DNA from: Octopus vulgaris
Lineage: Eukaryota
NCBI GenBank assembly: GCA_951406725.2
Contig: OX597830.1
Location: 51,274,001-51,338,000, forward strand
DNA: 64,000 nucleotides
Direction of reading: 5' to 3'
Shown one piece after another: positions 28,130 through 42,510 of the stretch. The position numbers and the translations under genes were made by a program. Below the pieces are notes generated by a model. The model was not told the origin of the DNA. It saw only the letters and a list, made by a program, of their open reading frames with translations, and did not search any database. Every line of letters begins with the position of its first letter. Within the stretch, counting starts at the first letter, position 1.

Positions 28130-29430
28130 CGCAACTAATCTAGTGCAAAAATATACGAATACACACAAACACACATACACACGTGGTATATATATATACC
28201 AATGCCCAGACAACACCACTGACCAAACACGAACATATAAGGAAACTATACTTATACAAATACAGACCACAACTCAACATACTTTAACATACCCCCAGGT
28301 ACACATCCACAACAAAAACACATAGATGTATAAACACACACACACACAAACACAATGGAAACCACCTACACAAACACACACATACATATACACACACGCA
28401 CAAACATAATATCCCCACGCTCGAGCATAAACTCACACACATTCCAAGAAAAAACACATACGCATATACACATGTAATATGATTCTAGCAATCACAACGA
28501 GCACTCACAGACACACACACAGACACACACTCACACACACATACGTAAACACGTGCATGCACAAACCTACACACACCGCTCTGACAATTACAAGACACTC
28601 ACACAAACACACCCACACATATACAGATACACATACAAACACGCAAATACAACTCAACCCACCTACCCACCCACACACACGCATATATGCACACATATGT
28701 ACACACACATACACACAAACACAATATGCCCGTTCCCCAGTAAAAATCACACACACACTCAAAGAAAAAACACACATATACACACGCAATACAATCACAA
28801 CACTCACAGACACACGCACATACATATACACAAACAAGCACGCACACACACTCAATAACACACCACCCTGACAAATACAAGACCCATAGACACACCCACA
28901 CGTAGATACACACACACACTGCACAAACAATGCAAACAAAATACTCACAGCATATGTACGCACCACACAGAATAATAACATACACACTTGCACTCACACG
29001 TACACACACACATTTCGCCACAAGAAATATAGCACACACACATAAACATACACACACAGACGCACACATACACACGCACATTTCGCCACAAGAAATATAG
29101 CACACACACATAAACATACACACGTGCACACAAAGACATATACATACACTCACACGAACAAACACATACACACAAACATATACACATACACATGCGCACA
29201 CACAGCAAATAGAAATCACACAAACATATACACATACTTATGCGCACACACAGCAAATAGAAATCACACAAACACACACACACACACACAAAAGTGCCCA
29301 CATACACAGAGTCATACACACACCTAGTGAACTCTAAGACAAATCAAAAAACCCACACGCACAAACACGAGCACATATATACAAACACACACACATAGAA
29401 ACGTGCACAGAGACACACACACGCCATTTT
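28130..29430. repeat. Degenerate CA-rich low-complexity tract with short internal duplications
   Basis: Cryptic (CA)n; cacatttcgccacaagaaatatagcac occurs twice. Confidence 0.85.
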
Positions 29431-29664
29431 GGACTCTAAGGCCAGTCCCAAAACCACTGAACCATGACAGACAAGCCTAGAAACAAAAAAATCTTCTTGA
29501 TTCCACAATGCTCTCCCCCACCAAACTCCCACACTATTTCTAAAAATAGCAAACATTTCTCATGTTTTCTATGAGACAGAAGATGATGGGTTGAAAGGTT
29601 GGTCATTCCCCTAAAATGCTGTATAAATACTTAAATATGATTCCTTCTGTATATATGCTTCTAG

Positions 29665-29960
29665 GTGGAGGCACAATGGGCCAGTGGTTAAGGCAGCGGA
29701 TTCGCGGTCGTAGGATCGTGGTTTCGATTCCCAGACCGGGCGTTGTGAGTGTTTCTTGAGCGAAAACACCTAAAAGCTCCACGTACTCCGGCAGGGTGTG
29801 GTGGCGATCCCTGTTGTACTCTTTCGCCACAACTTTCTCTCACTCCTTCTGTTGGCCTGCTCGCTTAGCCAGCGGGGTGGCGTCATTTGAAGGCTAAAAC
29901 AATGCGAAGTGCATTGTGACCAGCAACATCTGATAGCCTGGTCGGTCACGTGATAACGTG
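29665..29960 (+). mobile_element. SINE family C
   Basis: tRNA-like head; caactttctctcactc; tail shared with 26161. Confidence 0.85.
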
Positions 29961-30309
29961 ATATGCTTCCATACAACTATGATTTTTGATGACCTTAAAA
30001 TCATTATAAATTTATTTTACTACCTATTTTGTACACTTTCATGTAACCTGTTTAAACAAAAAGCCCTTATTAACATTTTCCTATCCTTGTCAAAGAATCT
30101 ATTTTTAAACATTTTCTTATCCTTATCAAATACTGTGTAACTGTATTTTAATACAATTATGATAACCAGATTTTTAACACAACAAAGCTTATACAAAGCT
30201 TTACATTTTACTTTTGATAATTTTTTTTTTAAAGTGAAACCGGTCAAGTCAATAAACATCTTTAAAAGACCTCTGCATTTTCAAACCCTTTTTCCTATAT
30301 ATACGTGTG

Positions 30310-30846
30310 GTACCAAAGATTGTTCCAGGCCATGTCTAACTTAATAGCACCACTTGATAGGATTATCTAAATCCTTTTTTAAGTCAAGTTTTGTGGTATT
30401 ATGGTCCATTCAAGTAGTGAGAATTTGTTGAGTGAGTTGTATCCAGGTATGGGTGGCTTGTCTGGTATTCCTTGAAGAAATCTGTTCAGACTCCGTTTAA
30501 AGGTGATGGGATCCTTTTCCTCTTTGATCAGTTTTGGGACAATGTTAAACAGGACAGGGCCTGTAGAGGAAAAGAAATTGTGCCGCAGTGTACCTATATG
30601 TTGTGATTCTGAATTGAGCAGGTGACGTACGGTCCGTGGTCCCAGCCTTGGATGAACCTTAAAACTAACGTTCAGGTTGTTTGGGCAATGCTGGCGTATA
30701 TACTCCACATCGTACAAATGATGTACCGTTCGCGTCGGCGCTGGAGAGAGTAGAGTTTCAAGGTTTTAAGGCTGTCCCAATAATCAAGATCAGTCATGCC
30801 TTCAATTCGTTTATTGAGTGCTCTCTGGAGTGATTCAATTTTATTA
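30310..30846 (-). mobile_element. CR1-like LINE 3' end
   Basis: DYWDSLKTLKLYSLQRRRERYII, LRHNFFSSTGPVLFN, FKRSLNRFLQGIPDKP. Confidence 0.85.
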
Positions 30847-31289
30847 TCCACTCAGTAAGAGTGGAGAATGCTTTTGCAAAGATATTCTTGAATACTGTTC
30901 GGACGATCAATTTCCGTGATGAGTAATCAAACGGTTATACGCTGAATATCGAAAAAGAAACCGGGCTCTGAACTCAGATTGAACCCCCTACACCCTTTTT
31001 TAAAAATCATTACTTTATATGTTGTTTATACTCCGTTATACTTCCAGTATTGAGTGCGTCTTTTCACTAATACGAACTCAATCTATGCAAACAGCAGTAT
31101 TATTTCAGCGAAGTGATGTGGTTACGTAGCTTGAGTTTTGTACGTAACGCTGATGTATGATATATATTTCGATTAGACATTGAGACAGACGCTGACGTGA
31201 TAACTCTAAGTTGGGTATCTGAGCCTTTAAAATGTCACCAAAATAATTAGTGGCATTTAATAAATATAGTACATGTATATATACATACA

Positions 31290-31372
<83 letters not shown>

Positions 31373-31374
31373 TT

Positions 31375-31886
31375 ATATGGCTGCTCTCGATTATTGGGAT
31401 CGCCTTAAAGGCTTGAAACTCTACTCTCTCCAGCGTCGCCGTGAGCGGTACATCATTTGTACGATGTGGAGAATATACCACCAACTTTGCCCAAACGACC
31501 TGAACATTAGCTTCAAGGTTCATCCAAGACTGGGACCACGGGCCATACGTCCCCTGCACAATTCAAGATCACAGCATACATGTACACTGCAACATAATTT
31601 CTTTTCCTCAACAGGCCCTACCCTATTTAACATTGTCCCGAAAGAGATCAAAGAGGAAAAGGATCCCATCAACTTTAAACGGAGTCTGGATAGATTCCTT
31701 CAAAGAATACCAGATAAGCAACCCATAATTGGATACAACTCACCCAACAAGAACTCACTACTTGAATGGACCATAAACAAAACTTGACTTAAACAGGATT
31801 CAAATAATCCTATCAGGTGGTGCTATTAAGTTAGACATGGCCTGGACCAATCTTTGGTCGAAACATATCTAAGTTTATCTAAGTTT
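31375..31886 (+). mobile_element. CR1-like LINE 3' end (same family as 30310-30846, inverted)
   Basis: LDYWDRLKGLKLYSLQRRRERY...FKRSLDRFLQRIPD; tandem tail (atctaagtt)x2. Confidence 0.88.
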
Positions 31887-32058
31887 ATATATATATATAC
31901 ATACGTACATACACACACACACACAAATACACACACACTCACACATACACGCAGACACACACATATATATATATACAATTGTTAAAGGGGACAACAATCA
32001 TTAAGGCAAGACAAACATCTCAAGTCGTATACAATATTATTAGTGGAAAAAATTCAAA

Positions 32059-32124
32059 GTCTTACAGCTGTTTCCGAGATATCCTAGGGTATGCCCGGGT
32101 ATGGGATATTCCGTCCTCAGAGAC
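32059..32124 (-). ncRNA. Canonical type I hammerhead ribozyme
   Basis: Minus strand GTCT-CTGAGGA-CGGAATATCC..GGATATCTCG-GAAA-C-AGCT-GTA-AGAC. Full core, GUA site, palindromic helix III. Confidence 0.85.
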
Positions 32125-32410
32125 AAATAGGGAAAATGCGAATGGTATATATTAATGAGATGACGAGGTAGAGGATGGGAGTAAAAGAATAAGGAGATGG
32201 AGAGAAAGAAGAAAAAAAGAAGCATAAAAGTTCATAGTTCAACTTTCCGAAGTTGTAGAAACCAGAGCATGAGTCCTTAGGTGCAATCCTGCATAGATCC
32301 ATGAGCGTAAGTCTTTAGGGCTCTAGGTAACCCGTTACAGTACTTACCTAGCGTACCTAATCGTTTCGATCATCTCTGAACTAAACCCCCATACTTTGTA
32401 CATATGTATA

Positions 32411-32476
<66 letters not shown>

Positions 32477-32594
32477 CGTGTATATATATATATATATATA
32501 TATTACAGTTCTATATTTAAGAGATGAGGGATTATGTACATTATTTACATTATTTACATTTGACGGATTTTTGTCCTCATCTTGTTTGTTGTTA

Positions 32595-32638
32595 ACACAG
32601 GTTTTCGGCTGATATACCCTCCAGCCTTCATCAGGTGT
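32595..32638 (-). ncRNA. Minimal hammerhead motif, helix III probably mutated
   Basis: Minus strand ACAC-CTGATGA-A-GGCTG..CAGCC-GAAA-ACCT-GTGT. Confidence 0.65.
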
Positions 32639-32678
32639 CTTGGGGAAATTTCGAACCTGGGTTCTCATTCCTAAGGTA

Positions 32679-32737
<59 letters not shown>

Positions 32738-32739
<2 letters not shown>

Positions 32740-33290
32740 GGTTTCACAAAAACGTGTATACACATATTGAACTGTGTATATTAATACACAATTTATATTC
32801 AAAATTAGATTGAATCTACAAGCAGAATTCTATTATAATTTTTAAGAACGTGTTTTCAAACTAATGATCTTTCTGGTCCAGACACTGCTCATAAATTGGA
32901 TCTATAGAGTCACAAGCTTCAAGAAACATTTCCTTCAGTATTTGTGCACATTCTTGTTTAATAGTTGTCCTCAGTATGCCAACCGTAGCCAGTTTTCTCC
33001 AAGAAAACTTTTCTTTTAAGTATCCCACTAAGACAAAATGTGGTGGTATGAAGTCTGTTGAACGCAGAGAACATTTTACTGAACCTCTTCTCCAAATCCA
33101 CTTGTTTGGCAAGATCTCAATGAGGTAAGCACTTACTTTACTACCGTGGTGTGGAAGGGCGCCATCCTGCTGGATATAAAACTTCTCTTCAATGCTTCTC
33201 CTCTTGAACGCTCTACTTCTTGAATACTTCTCTTCTTCAGTGCTTCTCCACTTAAATATTTGGCATAAAAATTGCTGCACTAAGTTCAAA
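32738..33290 (-). mobile_element. Tc1/mariner (maT/DD37D-like) transposase 3' fragment with TIR
   Basis: QQDGALPH..PNKWIWRRGS..RSTDF..VGYLKEK, similar to QQDGAPPH..WIGRRG..RSPDL..WGYLK. TIR remnant gggtttcacaaaaacgtgtatacac. Confidence 0.8.
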
Positions 33291-33369
33291 TAATTAAGAC
33301 CAGAACACCATCAAAATGATCCAATTAATTATTGATATTAATGATTATTTCGTCCTTCGCGTTCTATAA

Positions 33370-33640
33370 AATAAGTACCAGTCGAGCACTGGGGATCGAA
33401 ATGTCATGGATCGATATAAATAAATATTCAGTTGAATATTGAGGTCAATGTAATCGATTAAGCCCCTCTCCCAGAATTACTGGCCCTATGCCAAAATTAG
33501 AAACCAATATTTTAAAGGAATTTAAGGAGCGTGCTGGCAAAATCGCTAGCACGCTGGGGAAAATGCTTTGCGGCGTTTCGTTCATCCTTACCTTCTGAGT
33601 TCAAATTCCACTGGGACGACTTTGCCTTTCATCCTTTAGT
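33370..33640 (+). mobile_element. Degenerate SINE family B fragments
   Basis: aagtaccagtcgagcactgggg; gctggcaaaatcgctagcacgc..gagttcaaattcc..tttgcctttcatcc. Confidence 0.65.
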
Positions 33641-33879
33641 GTATTAAAATACCACCTCAGAGTAATTATAGCAGACCTTACTGAAACCTTTCTTGAAGCA
33701 CATACAGATCCTTATTTGAGATGATCTGGGCTAATGTAATCATTTAGCAAACACATTATGATGTGATCGACTGTCCCACCTTTCCACAATACAATTACTA
33801 TTTCGTTTGTTGTTAATAATCTATGCACATATACTCCTTGTGATTATAGAATCTATGCGATAAAATATTGAGTAGATGC

Positions 33880-35140
33880 ACATCAAGTCGAATTATCAAA
33901 CTGCATCGAAAAAAAACCCATTATCACTGAAAGTTTATACTAGATTTATATTACAAAATAATTACTTCTCATTCACTAATTTAATGTAGTCAAATATCGG
34001 AGAGTATGATGGGAACCAAAGTTGCCTCGATATATGCCAACCTAATAATATATTTGGTGACGCGTTCTACACGTATCTAAAAGAACATTTGAATAGATAC
34101 CTTGATAACTATTTGATTCTATGGCTGGATGATATACACAAACTAATGAAATTTAAGAATTTAATAGATAATATAAATGACAATATTCAGCTAACGATGA
34201 AATTCAATCAGAAAGAACTACCATTTCTAGAAATGGCTATCATGAATAAATGTAGAAAAATCTATAAGAAACCCACGGATTCCAAACAATACCTTTTTTT
34301 CACATCCTGCCATCCTTTCCCATACAAAAGTAAACATACCCTTGAACTTAACAAAAAGGGTTTGTAAAATTGGTCAAATATTACAAAATGTAATCAGTGA
34401 TTTAAAAAAAAAAACAGGAAACAATACTAATTCAAAGAACGTTCTCATTCAATCATATTGTAAATGGAAGAGAAAGGGGAAATGTTTCGATCCCTATGAT
34501 CTCAGAAAAATAAAAAGTAAGGCCCCTAAAATTCTTTACCCTTTCACTACTTTTAATCTAAGAAATGATGAAATATCTAACTACACACAAAACAACATAT
34601 CTATTATGTTTAGAAAATCAAAAACTTAAAAACGAAGCCTCGAAAATCAACTTGTCACCAAAGCAAAAGGTAACAGAAGACTTTGAAGGATATTCTTACT
34701 TCAGCAAGGGTTTCAAACAAGTGACAAACCCCAGGGATACTAAATATGGTAGGGCAATTTGTGGAACGTGTCTATACTTTACTGAAGGCACACAATTCAA
34801 ATTTAGATACAGACATGACTTTAAAATAAAAGGAACTTTTACTAGAAAAATCCCCAAATTTAATTTACACCACAACATGCTGTGGGTGCTTGCAAAACTA
34901 CATCGAACAGATGGGATTACGTTTCGCAGAAGATTGAAGGAGCATAAACAACAAATAAATAATGAAAACACTAGAAAAATTCGGTCAGCAGATATATAGC
35001 AACCGGTACCTGAATGAAACGACCAAATTTTAAAATGATTCCGTGTTACAAACGCTCAAACTCTACCACGAAATAATAACAAATGAACAAGCAAAACCAA
35101 TTTATTATAAAAGACAATCCTTCTTTGAATGATTGGCAAG
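33880..35140 (+). pseudogene. Decayed Penelope-like element (RT plus GIY-YIG)
   Basis: MGTKVASIYANL, RYLDN, LPFLE, YKKPTDSKQYL..SCHP, GRAICGTC, NLIY..CCGC..YI, RRRLKEHKQQI. Confidence 0.8.
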
Positions 35141-35326
35141 CAATATCCCTAACATAACGACAATTCGGATACACTTAAACGGAAGCGCACGCACTTATTC
35201 ATTTACTGTTTGGATATACGTACTGTACATCAATAATATAGATGTTCGCGCGCGCGCGTGTGTGTGTGTGTGTGTGTGTGAACTGTGCACGTAAATAGTT
35301 TTGACTTGCATGAAAAAGTTCGACTG

Positions 35327-35730
35327 GGAGTGGCTGTGTAGTAAGTAGCTTGCTTACCAACCACATGGTTCTGGGTTCAGTCCCACTGCGTGGCACCTTG
35401 GGTAAGTGTCTTCTACTATAGCCTCGGGCTGACCAAAGCCTTGTGAGTGGATTTGGTAGACGGAAACTGAAAGAAGCCCGTCGTATATATGTATATGTAT
35501 ATATACGTGTGTGTGTTTGTGTGTCTGTGTTTGTCCTCCCAACATCGCTTGACAACCGATGGTGGTGTGTTTACGTCCCCGTAACTTAGCGGTACGGCAA
35601 AAGATACCGATAGAATAAGTACTAGGTTTACAAAGAATAAGTCCTGGGGTTGATTTGCTCGACTAAAGGCGGAGCTCCAGCATGGCCGCAGTCAAATGAC
35701 TGAAACAAGTAAAAGAGTAAAAGAGAGAGT
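35327..35730 (+). mobile_element. SINE family A
   Basis: Full-length match. Confidence 0.9.
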
Positions 35731-36101
35731 AACTATTTCTTAACTTATATGAAAGCAGAGTATTTTACCAATACCACATAGACGTGACTCAAATTGTTTT
35801 TTTAAAAAGAAAACATTATATGTGATTCCTATCAAATGCGTTGAGGGCCATGTTCTTTTTTTTCTACTTACTTGCACACAACTGACCTGGTAAGATAGGT
35901 TCGTCCTACGCTCCCCCTCATCAGCACCCACCAGCACCACAAAAGTTAAAGTCATATGGACCTCACTGAAGCTGCTGTTTATAAAAAAAAAACAAAAAAA
36001 AAACATGAAACTCCTAGAAAATGTTTTGAGAGGCACGTTCTTTTCTTTGTTCACACACTCACACACTCACGAATACACACACATATACATACAGAAACAG
36101 A

Positions 36102-36180
<79 letters not shown>

Positions 36181-36218
36181 TATACACATATAGACAGACA
36201 GACAGATAGATGGGTAGA

Positions 36219-36256
<38 letters not shown>

Positions 36257-36368
36257 AGCGTGACGCAGTTCATATGTTTATGCATGCAGGTAAGGTGTTC
36301 CTCTCGTCACCACGTGCCGGGGGTTGGAATTTAATAGACGAAAGGTATGCGACCCCTGTCGTATGGGC

Positions 36369-36409
<41 letters not shown>

Positions 36410-36719
36410 TATGTATGTATATATACACACACACGTGCACAAGCACATGCGTAGGCATACACGAAAACACGCGCATATGCTGAGACATACACACGTTTGT
36501 CTATCTGTGTGACAATGTGGTGTCGGTTACGTCACACATTGTCTGAACTGATATATTTCAAAAAGTGAACACTGGCAAATATAAGGTCACCTATTTACTG
36601 AAGAGTCCAACAGCTATCTGTTGATATCGTGTAGACGAAGGATTTTTGTACCAAGCTTTTAAATCTTATATCTTTTCCTCATCCCGACATCCAACCGTCC
36701 ATGAATACCTTTGCGTGAT

Positions 36720-36797
<78 letters not shown>

Positions 36798-36831
36798 CAG
36801 ACAGACAGACAGACAGACAGATAGTTAGATG

Positions 36832-37124
<293 letters not shown>

Positions 37125-37261
37125 AGATAGATAGATAGATAGATACCAAATAAATAAATACACACAAGTATATGTCTGCATATACAAATATATATAAACA
37201 TGCATACATTCCTGGGCCTATCTACGCCAACATTTCCACTAGCGTATATATGGGATTGCTC

Positions 37262-37305
<44 letters not shown>

Positions 37306-37349
37306 GCATATATTGTGTGAGTGTCTGTGTGTCTGTGAATACGTATATT

Positions 37350-37399
<50 letters not shown>

Positions 37400-37790
37400 C
37401 AAACATATATATGCATACATATATATATACACATACATATACATACATACATACATACATACATACATACATACATACATACATACATACATACATACAT
37501 CTATATACGTATATATACAAATATAGATTAAAGAGACAGAGAGAGAGAGAGAAAGACATACATACATTCATGAACAGAGAGTGAGAGAGAAAATGGTACA
37601 GACAGGCAGCCAAACAGACAGGCAGATACATGCACACTGGTCGAGCTAGATGTGGCCCAGGATATAGACGAGTTAACTGCTAGGCCAGGCTGACATGGGC
37701 AACGTGAAGAAGAGGCCGTATGAATAGATCAGTATTCAAATATGGTTATCTATCAACCGGTCTATCGATGCCTCTCGTTATCCATTTCTC

Positions 37791-37822
<32 letters not shown>

Positions 37823-38187
37823 TATTTGCATGTATACATTACAAGTATGTATATTATCTGCATTCTTCTCTTTTGTTTCGTTGTGTATGTAGGTCTCACT
37901 AACTAGATATCATTATTGATTAGAGAAATAGTGCAACAAGCAGTGAGGACAAACAAACGGTTAGAGATAGGATGGCGTAAGATATACGGATTGAATCACA
38001 GATAGAAGGAGCTATCGACACGAACAGAGTGATTAAGGTATATATTCAAATGTGTGTATATAGGCATGTGTCTATGTATAGGTATGTATGTGTCTGTGTG
38101 TATGTATGCATAGTTATGTATATACATATATGTATAGACAGATTTAGATGAATAAAAATGTAGATGTATATATATATATATATATAT

Positions 38188-40191
38188 CTTCCCTCCCACA
38201 TCCACGATACCAACCATGCTCTCCGGCTTTTCAACTCTTTCTCCTTTCCTCCCGGCTCCTCCAAAATCCTTTTTACTATGGACATCCAAAGCCTCTATAC
38301 TGTTATCCCTCACCACGAAGGACTGCAGGCCCTTCGACACTTTCTTGACCTCCGCTCTAACCCTGTACCTGACACCTCCACACTCATTCGTCTGGCCGAA
38401 CTTGTCCTTACTCTGAACTGCTTCTCGTTCGCGGGCGAGTTCTACCATCAGGTCTCGGGAGTGGCCATGGGAACGCGAATGGGCCCCAACTATGCGAACC
38501 TGTTCGTTGGCTAATTTGAGGCTCAAATATTCTCTAATTTCACTGGTCCCACTCCTGAACTATATGGTCGTTACATTGACGACATTATCGGTGCCACCTC
38601 ACTCTCCCGCGAACATCTAGATTCCTTCCTCTCTTTCGTCCAATCTTTCCATCCAGCCCTCCACTTCACTTCCACTATCTCCAACACCTCTGTCTCCTTC
38701 CTCGACATTTCGGTTAGCATTCTTCACTCCACTCTTACCACCTCCATTCACTACAAACACACAGACTCACACTCATACCTCAACTTCTCTTCCTCCCACC
38801 CAGAACACACCAAGCTTTCCATCCCCTATTCCCAATTCCTCCATCTACGTAGGCTCTGTAGTGACGACCATGACTTTGAGACTCAGTCTCAACGTATGGC
38901 TCACCACTTCACCCTACGTGGATACCCCCTCACCACTATCCACACCGCCCTTGCCAGAGCACGGTCCGTGGACCGTGTATCTGCTCTCTCTCCCCGAACC
39001 CGCCCTGTAGTCTCCCGCCTCCCTTTTCCCCTCACTTACCACCCCACGACCCTACGTCTCCAACGCACCATTCTTCGAGCTTTCCGTCATCTCCAGTCCG
39101 ACCCGTCCACTTCACACCTCTTCCCTAACCGACCCCTCCCCTCTTTCAAACGAGCCCACAACCTTCGAGACCTTTTGGTCCATAGCTCCTTCCCTGACCC
39201 TACCTCCCAACCCGGCTCGTTCCCCTGCTCCCGCCCAGGTTGCCGCACTTGCCCTTACCTCTCCAACACCACCCGCCTCACTAGCACCCACCATCGACCC
39301 TATCCCATCATCCACTCCTTCACCTGCACCTCCAGCAATATTATCTATTGCATCTCTTGCTCTCTCTGCAATTCCTTGTACATCGGACAAACGGGACGCC
39401 GCTTGGCTGACCGGTTTGCGGAACACCTTCGTGACATCCACCTTGCGAACGACACACCGGTCTCACGCCATTTCCGCTCCACCGGTCACTCCTTGCAACA
39501 CCTATCTGTGTTCGGTTTGTCCTTACACAGAGGCCATCCGGATTCCCGTTTGCGCCGTGAACAGGAATTAATCTTCTCTCTTCGCTCTTATACGCCATTT
39601 GGTCTCAACTCTCCCCCTCCTCATCTAACCCCCCTCTCCCCCTCCTCACCTATCCTTTCCCCCCGACCCCTACTTCTTCAGTCCTTCATCCTTTCACCCC
39701 TACTCCCCTTCCCTTCTTCCCTCTTTCTCCCTCCCTCTTCCCCTTCCCTCTGCTCCCTCACTCCCTCTCTCCCCTTCTCTCTCCCCTCTCCCTCTTTCCT
39801 CCTTCATCCCCCTCCTCCCCCATCCTCTCCTCTTCCCCCTCTCCTCCCCCTCTTCTTCCCCTCCCCTTCTCCCCCTCTTCTCCCCCTCCCCCTCTTCTCC
39901 TCACTACACCACATGACTTTACACATCACATCACATATGATGTGCCATACTAATACACACACCAACTAATACATACTAATACGTACTAATACATACTAGT
40001 ACATACTAATACATACACCAACCCTATACATACACACGTCCAGACCCCGCATACGCACTTATACTCTCTCATACACACACACACACACTTATACATACCA
40101 ATACGTACTGATACATACTAATACATACTAATACATACACCAACCCCATACATACGCACGTCCAGACCAATCCTACGCACTAATACTCTCT

Positions 40192-40230
<39 letters not shown>

Positions 40231-40589
40231 ATACATACTAATACATACACCAACCCTATACATACACACATCCAGACCCCTCCTACGCACTATTATCAAC
40301 CCTTTTATCAACCCTATTATCTCCCCTTATTTCGCTCTCGCGTCTCATGTTTGATCTTTGACCTCTGGCCGAAATCAGATCGCCATGTTGATTCGTTAGC
40401 TACTGCACGCATTTTTTTCTCTCCTTCTTTCTGTGTTTTTCTCTCTCTGTGTATCTTTCTGTTGAAGAGCGTAGGCTCGAAACGTTAAAGACTTGTTTTA
40501 TTTATATTTCCTGAGCGCCATACTAATACAATTGTTCGTTTGTTTTCCACCTGCCTTCGTCTTTTGTTTATTTTCATAAAGCTTCCAGT
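38188..40589 (+). mobile_element. Young 5'-truncated Penelope-like retroelement (RT plus GIY-YIG) inserted in (TA)n
   Basis: One frame from 38188 to ~39610 with a single TAA at 38512: MDIQSLYT, GVAMGTRMGP, RYIDD, SFLD, YKHTD..SSHP, CSRPGCRTC, NIIYCISC..C..YIGQTGR..RFAEH, PFGLN. The 3' UTR has ~120-bp tandem repeats and an HHR; (TA)n on both sides. Confidence 0.95.
40454..40491 (+). ncRNA. Minimal hammerhead motif, A6U variant, in the PLE 3' end
   Basis: TCTTT-CTGTTGA-A-GAGC-GTAG-GCTC-GAAA-CG-TT-AAAGA. Confidence 0.65.
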
Positions 40590-40764
40590 TATATATATAT
40601 ATATATATGCAAAATTTAGATTCAGGTGAATATAGTACTTAAGTTAAAGGCCACAGAATTTGGTATGGTATTATCCATATAAATCATTGATTATTTTGAG
40701 ATATATATATATACACGCACATGCACCCATTGACACATATATACACACATATATATGTATATGG

Positions 40765-40809
<45 letters not shown>

Positions 40810-40977
40810 CGTATCGATGTATATATAGAGAGAGTGGAGTATTCCGTGATGGTAATACACACGCACATATAATATTTATGTATATCTCTAAGTACGCATG
40901 TATGCATGAATGAATGTTGCATGAAACATATATACCTCGTACCTGAGATTTCTGCCTGTTTTCAACACACACACACA

Positions 40978-41053
<76 letters not shown>

Positions 41054-41272
41054 ATATAGGATTTCTTCGATAAAAAACTTTATCAATAGCCAGCATATTA
41101 AAAAATACCTTTCAAGGTTAAATTTATAAATAACTTATAAAATAAGGGCAAAAGAAAAAAAACTAATGCGCAATATGCCGAAAATAGACAAATTGTCAAT
41201 AACCATTATAATTTATCACAATTAAAATGCGTCTCGAAACAAGCCGATAGAAATTTCTAAGAAATTCCGTTA

Positions 41273-41333
41273 TTACCGCATTGGTCCCAATTTCAGAGTT
41301 AATTCATAAGAATTTTCTCCTCCTCAGCGATAA
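41273..41333 (-). ncRNA. Type I hammerhead motif with G at the cleavage position (likely inactive)
   Basis: Minus strand TTATCG-CTGAGGA-GGAG..CTCT-GAAA-TTGG-GA-CCAA-T-G-CGGTAA. Confidence 0.7.
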
Positions 41334-41779
41334 ATACGTAAGACATAAATGAAATACTTACTCATATCCTTCGAGACGCAGTAAATGTCCATCATGGGGA
41401 CATGTACAATAGTAATTCAAATGAACCCTTTTAAATATTACAGACAGTAGTCTCTCGGAATACGACAAAGGCAGTTATGCAATGTCTTGCTGAACAAGCT
41501 GCACAAATGATTTGTTTATATTGATCAAATGCGTGTGCTGTACATTAGTTCATTCGCTCAATTAAATCGACATTACCTGAACAGGTGTACGGTGTGCAAC
41601 GCATCAGGTGTCGAAGGGATCACAGAGCAACGTGAGATGAATTGTTTGGCTCAAGAGCACAACGGACAACCCAGCTCAGAAATTGAAACTACCATCTCTT
41701 GATCGTGAAGTCTGATTGCTACACCCTAACTACTTGCGACTAGGTATTACACCCTCACTAAATGTATATATATATATAT

Positions 41780-41980
41780 TCTTTTATTGTTTTATTTGTT
41801 TCAGTCATTTGACCGCGGCAATGCTGGAACACCACATTTAGTCGAAATCGACACCAGAACTTATTCTTTCTAAGCCTAGTACTTATTCTATCATCCTCTT
41901 TTGCAGAACCGCTAAGTTACGGGGACGTAAACACACCAACATCGGTTGTCAAGCAACGGTGGGGGGAACACATACATACA

Positions 41981-42041
<61 letters not shown>

Positions 42042-42205
42042 GACGGGATTCTTTCAGTTTCCGTCTACCAAATCCACTCACAAGGCTTTCGTCGGCCCGA
42101 GGATATACTAGAAGTCACTTGCCCAAGGTGTCACAGTGTGGGACTGAACCCGGAACCATGTGGTGGCTAAGCAAGCTACTTACCACACAGCCACTCTTGC
42201 GCCTC
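41780..42205 (-). mobile_element. SINE family A
   Basis: Full-length match. Confidence 0.88.
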
Positions 42206-42271
42206 TGGGCAACACCTGCACCTATGTACCACTCCTGCGTCTATGAGACACTCCTGCACCTATGAGCCACT

Positions 42272-42334
<63 letters not shown>

Positions 42335-42510
42335 AATAAATATTGATTTCATTAGAATTTATAAACTTTGCCTAATATGTCAAATAATTCTAAAGATTTG
42401 TGTTTCGAGATTCGTAATTCCAAAACAAGAATCTTACACACACGCACACACACATACACACATACATATATCATGTGTGTGTGTTTGTGTGTGTATGTGT
42501 GTCTGTGTGT

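Noticed and set aside
36511-36543. Small hairpin gacaatgtg/cacattgtc as a pre-miRNA
   Set aside because: The stem is only ~9 bp, too short.
36598-36665. Hammerhead-like CTGAAGA-GTC...GAC-GAAG
   Set aside because: GAAA is altered and no helix I or III can be formed.
39960-40290. Repeat-spacer-like array (CRISPR-like)
   Set aside because: These are contiguous ~120-bp tandem units in a PLE 3' UTR with no unique spacers or cas genes, in a eukaryotic context.
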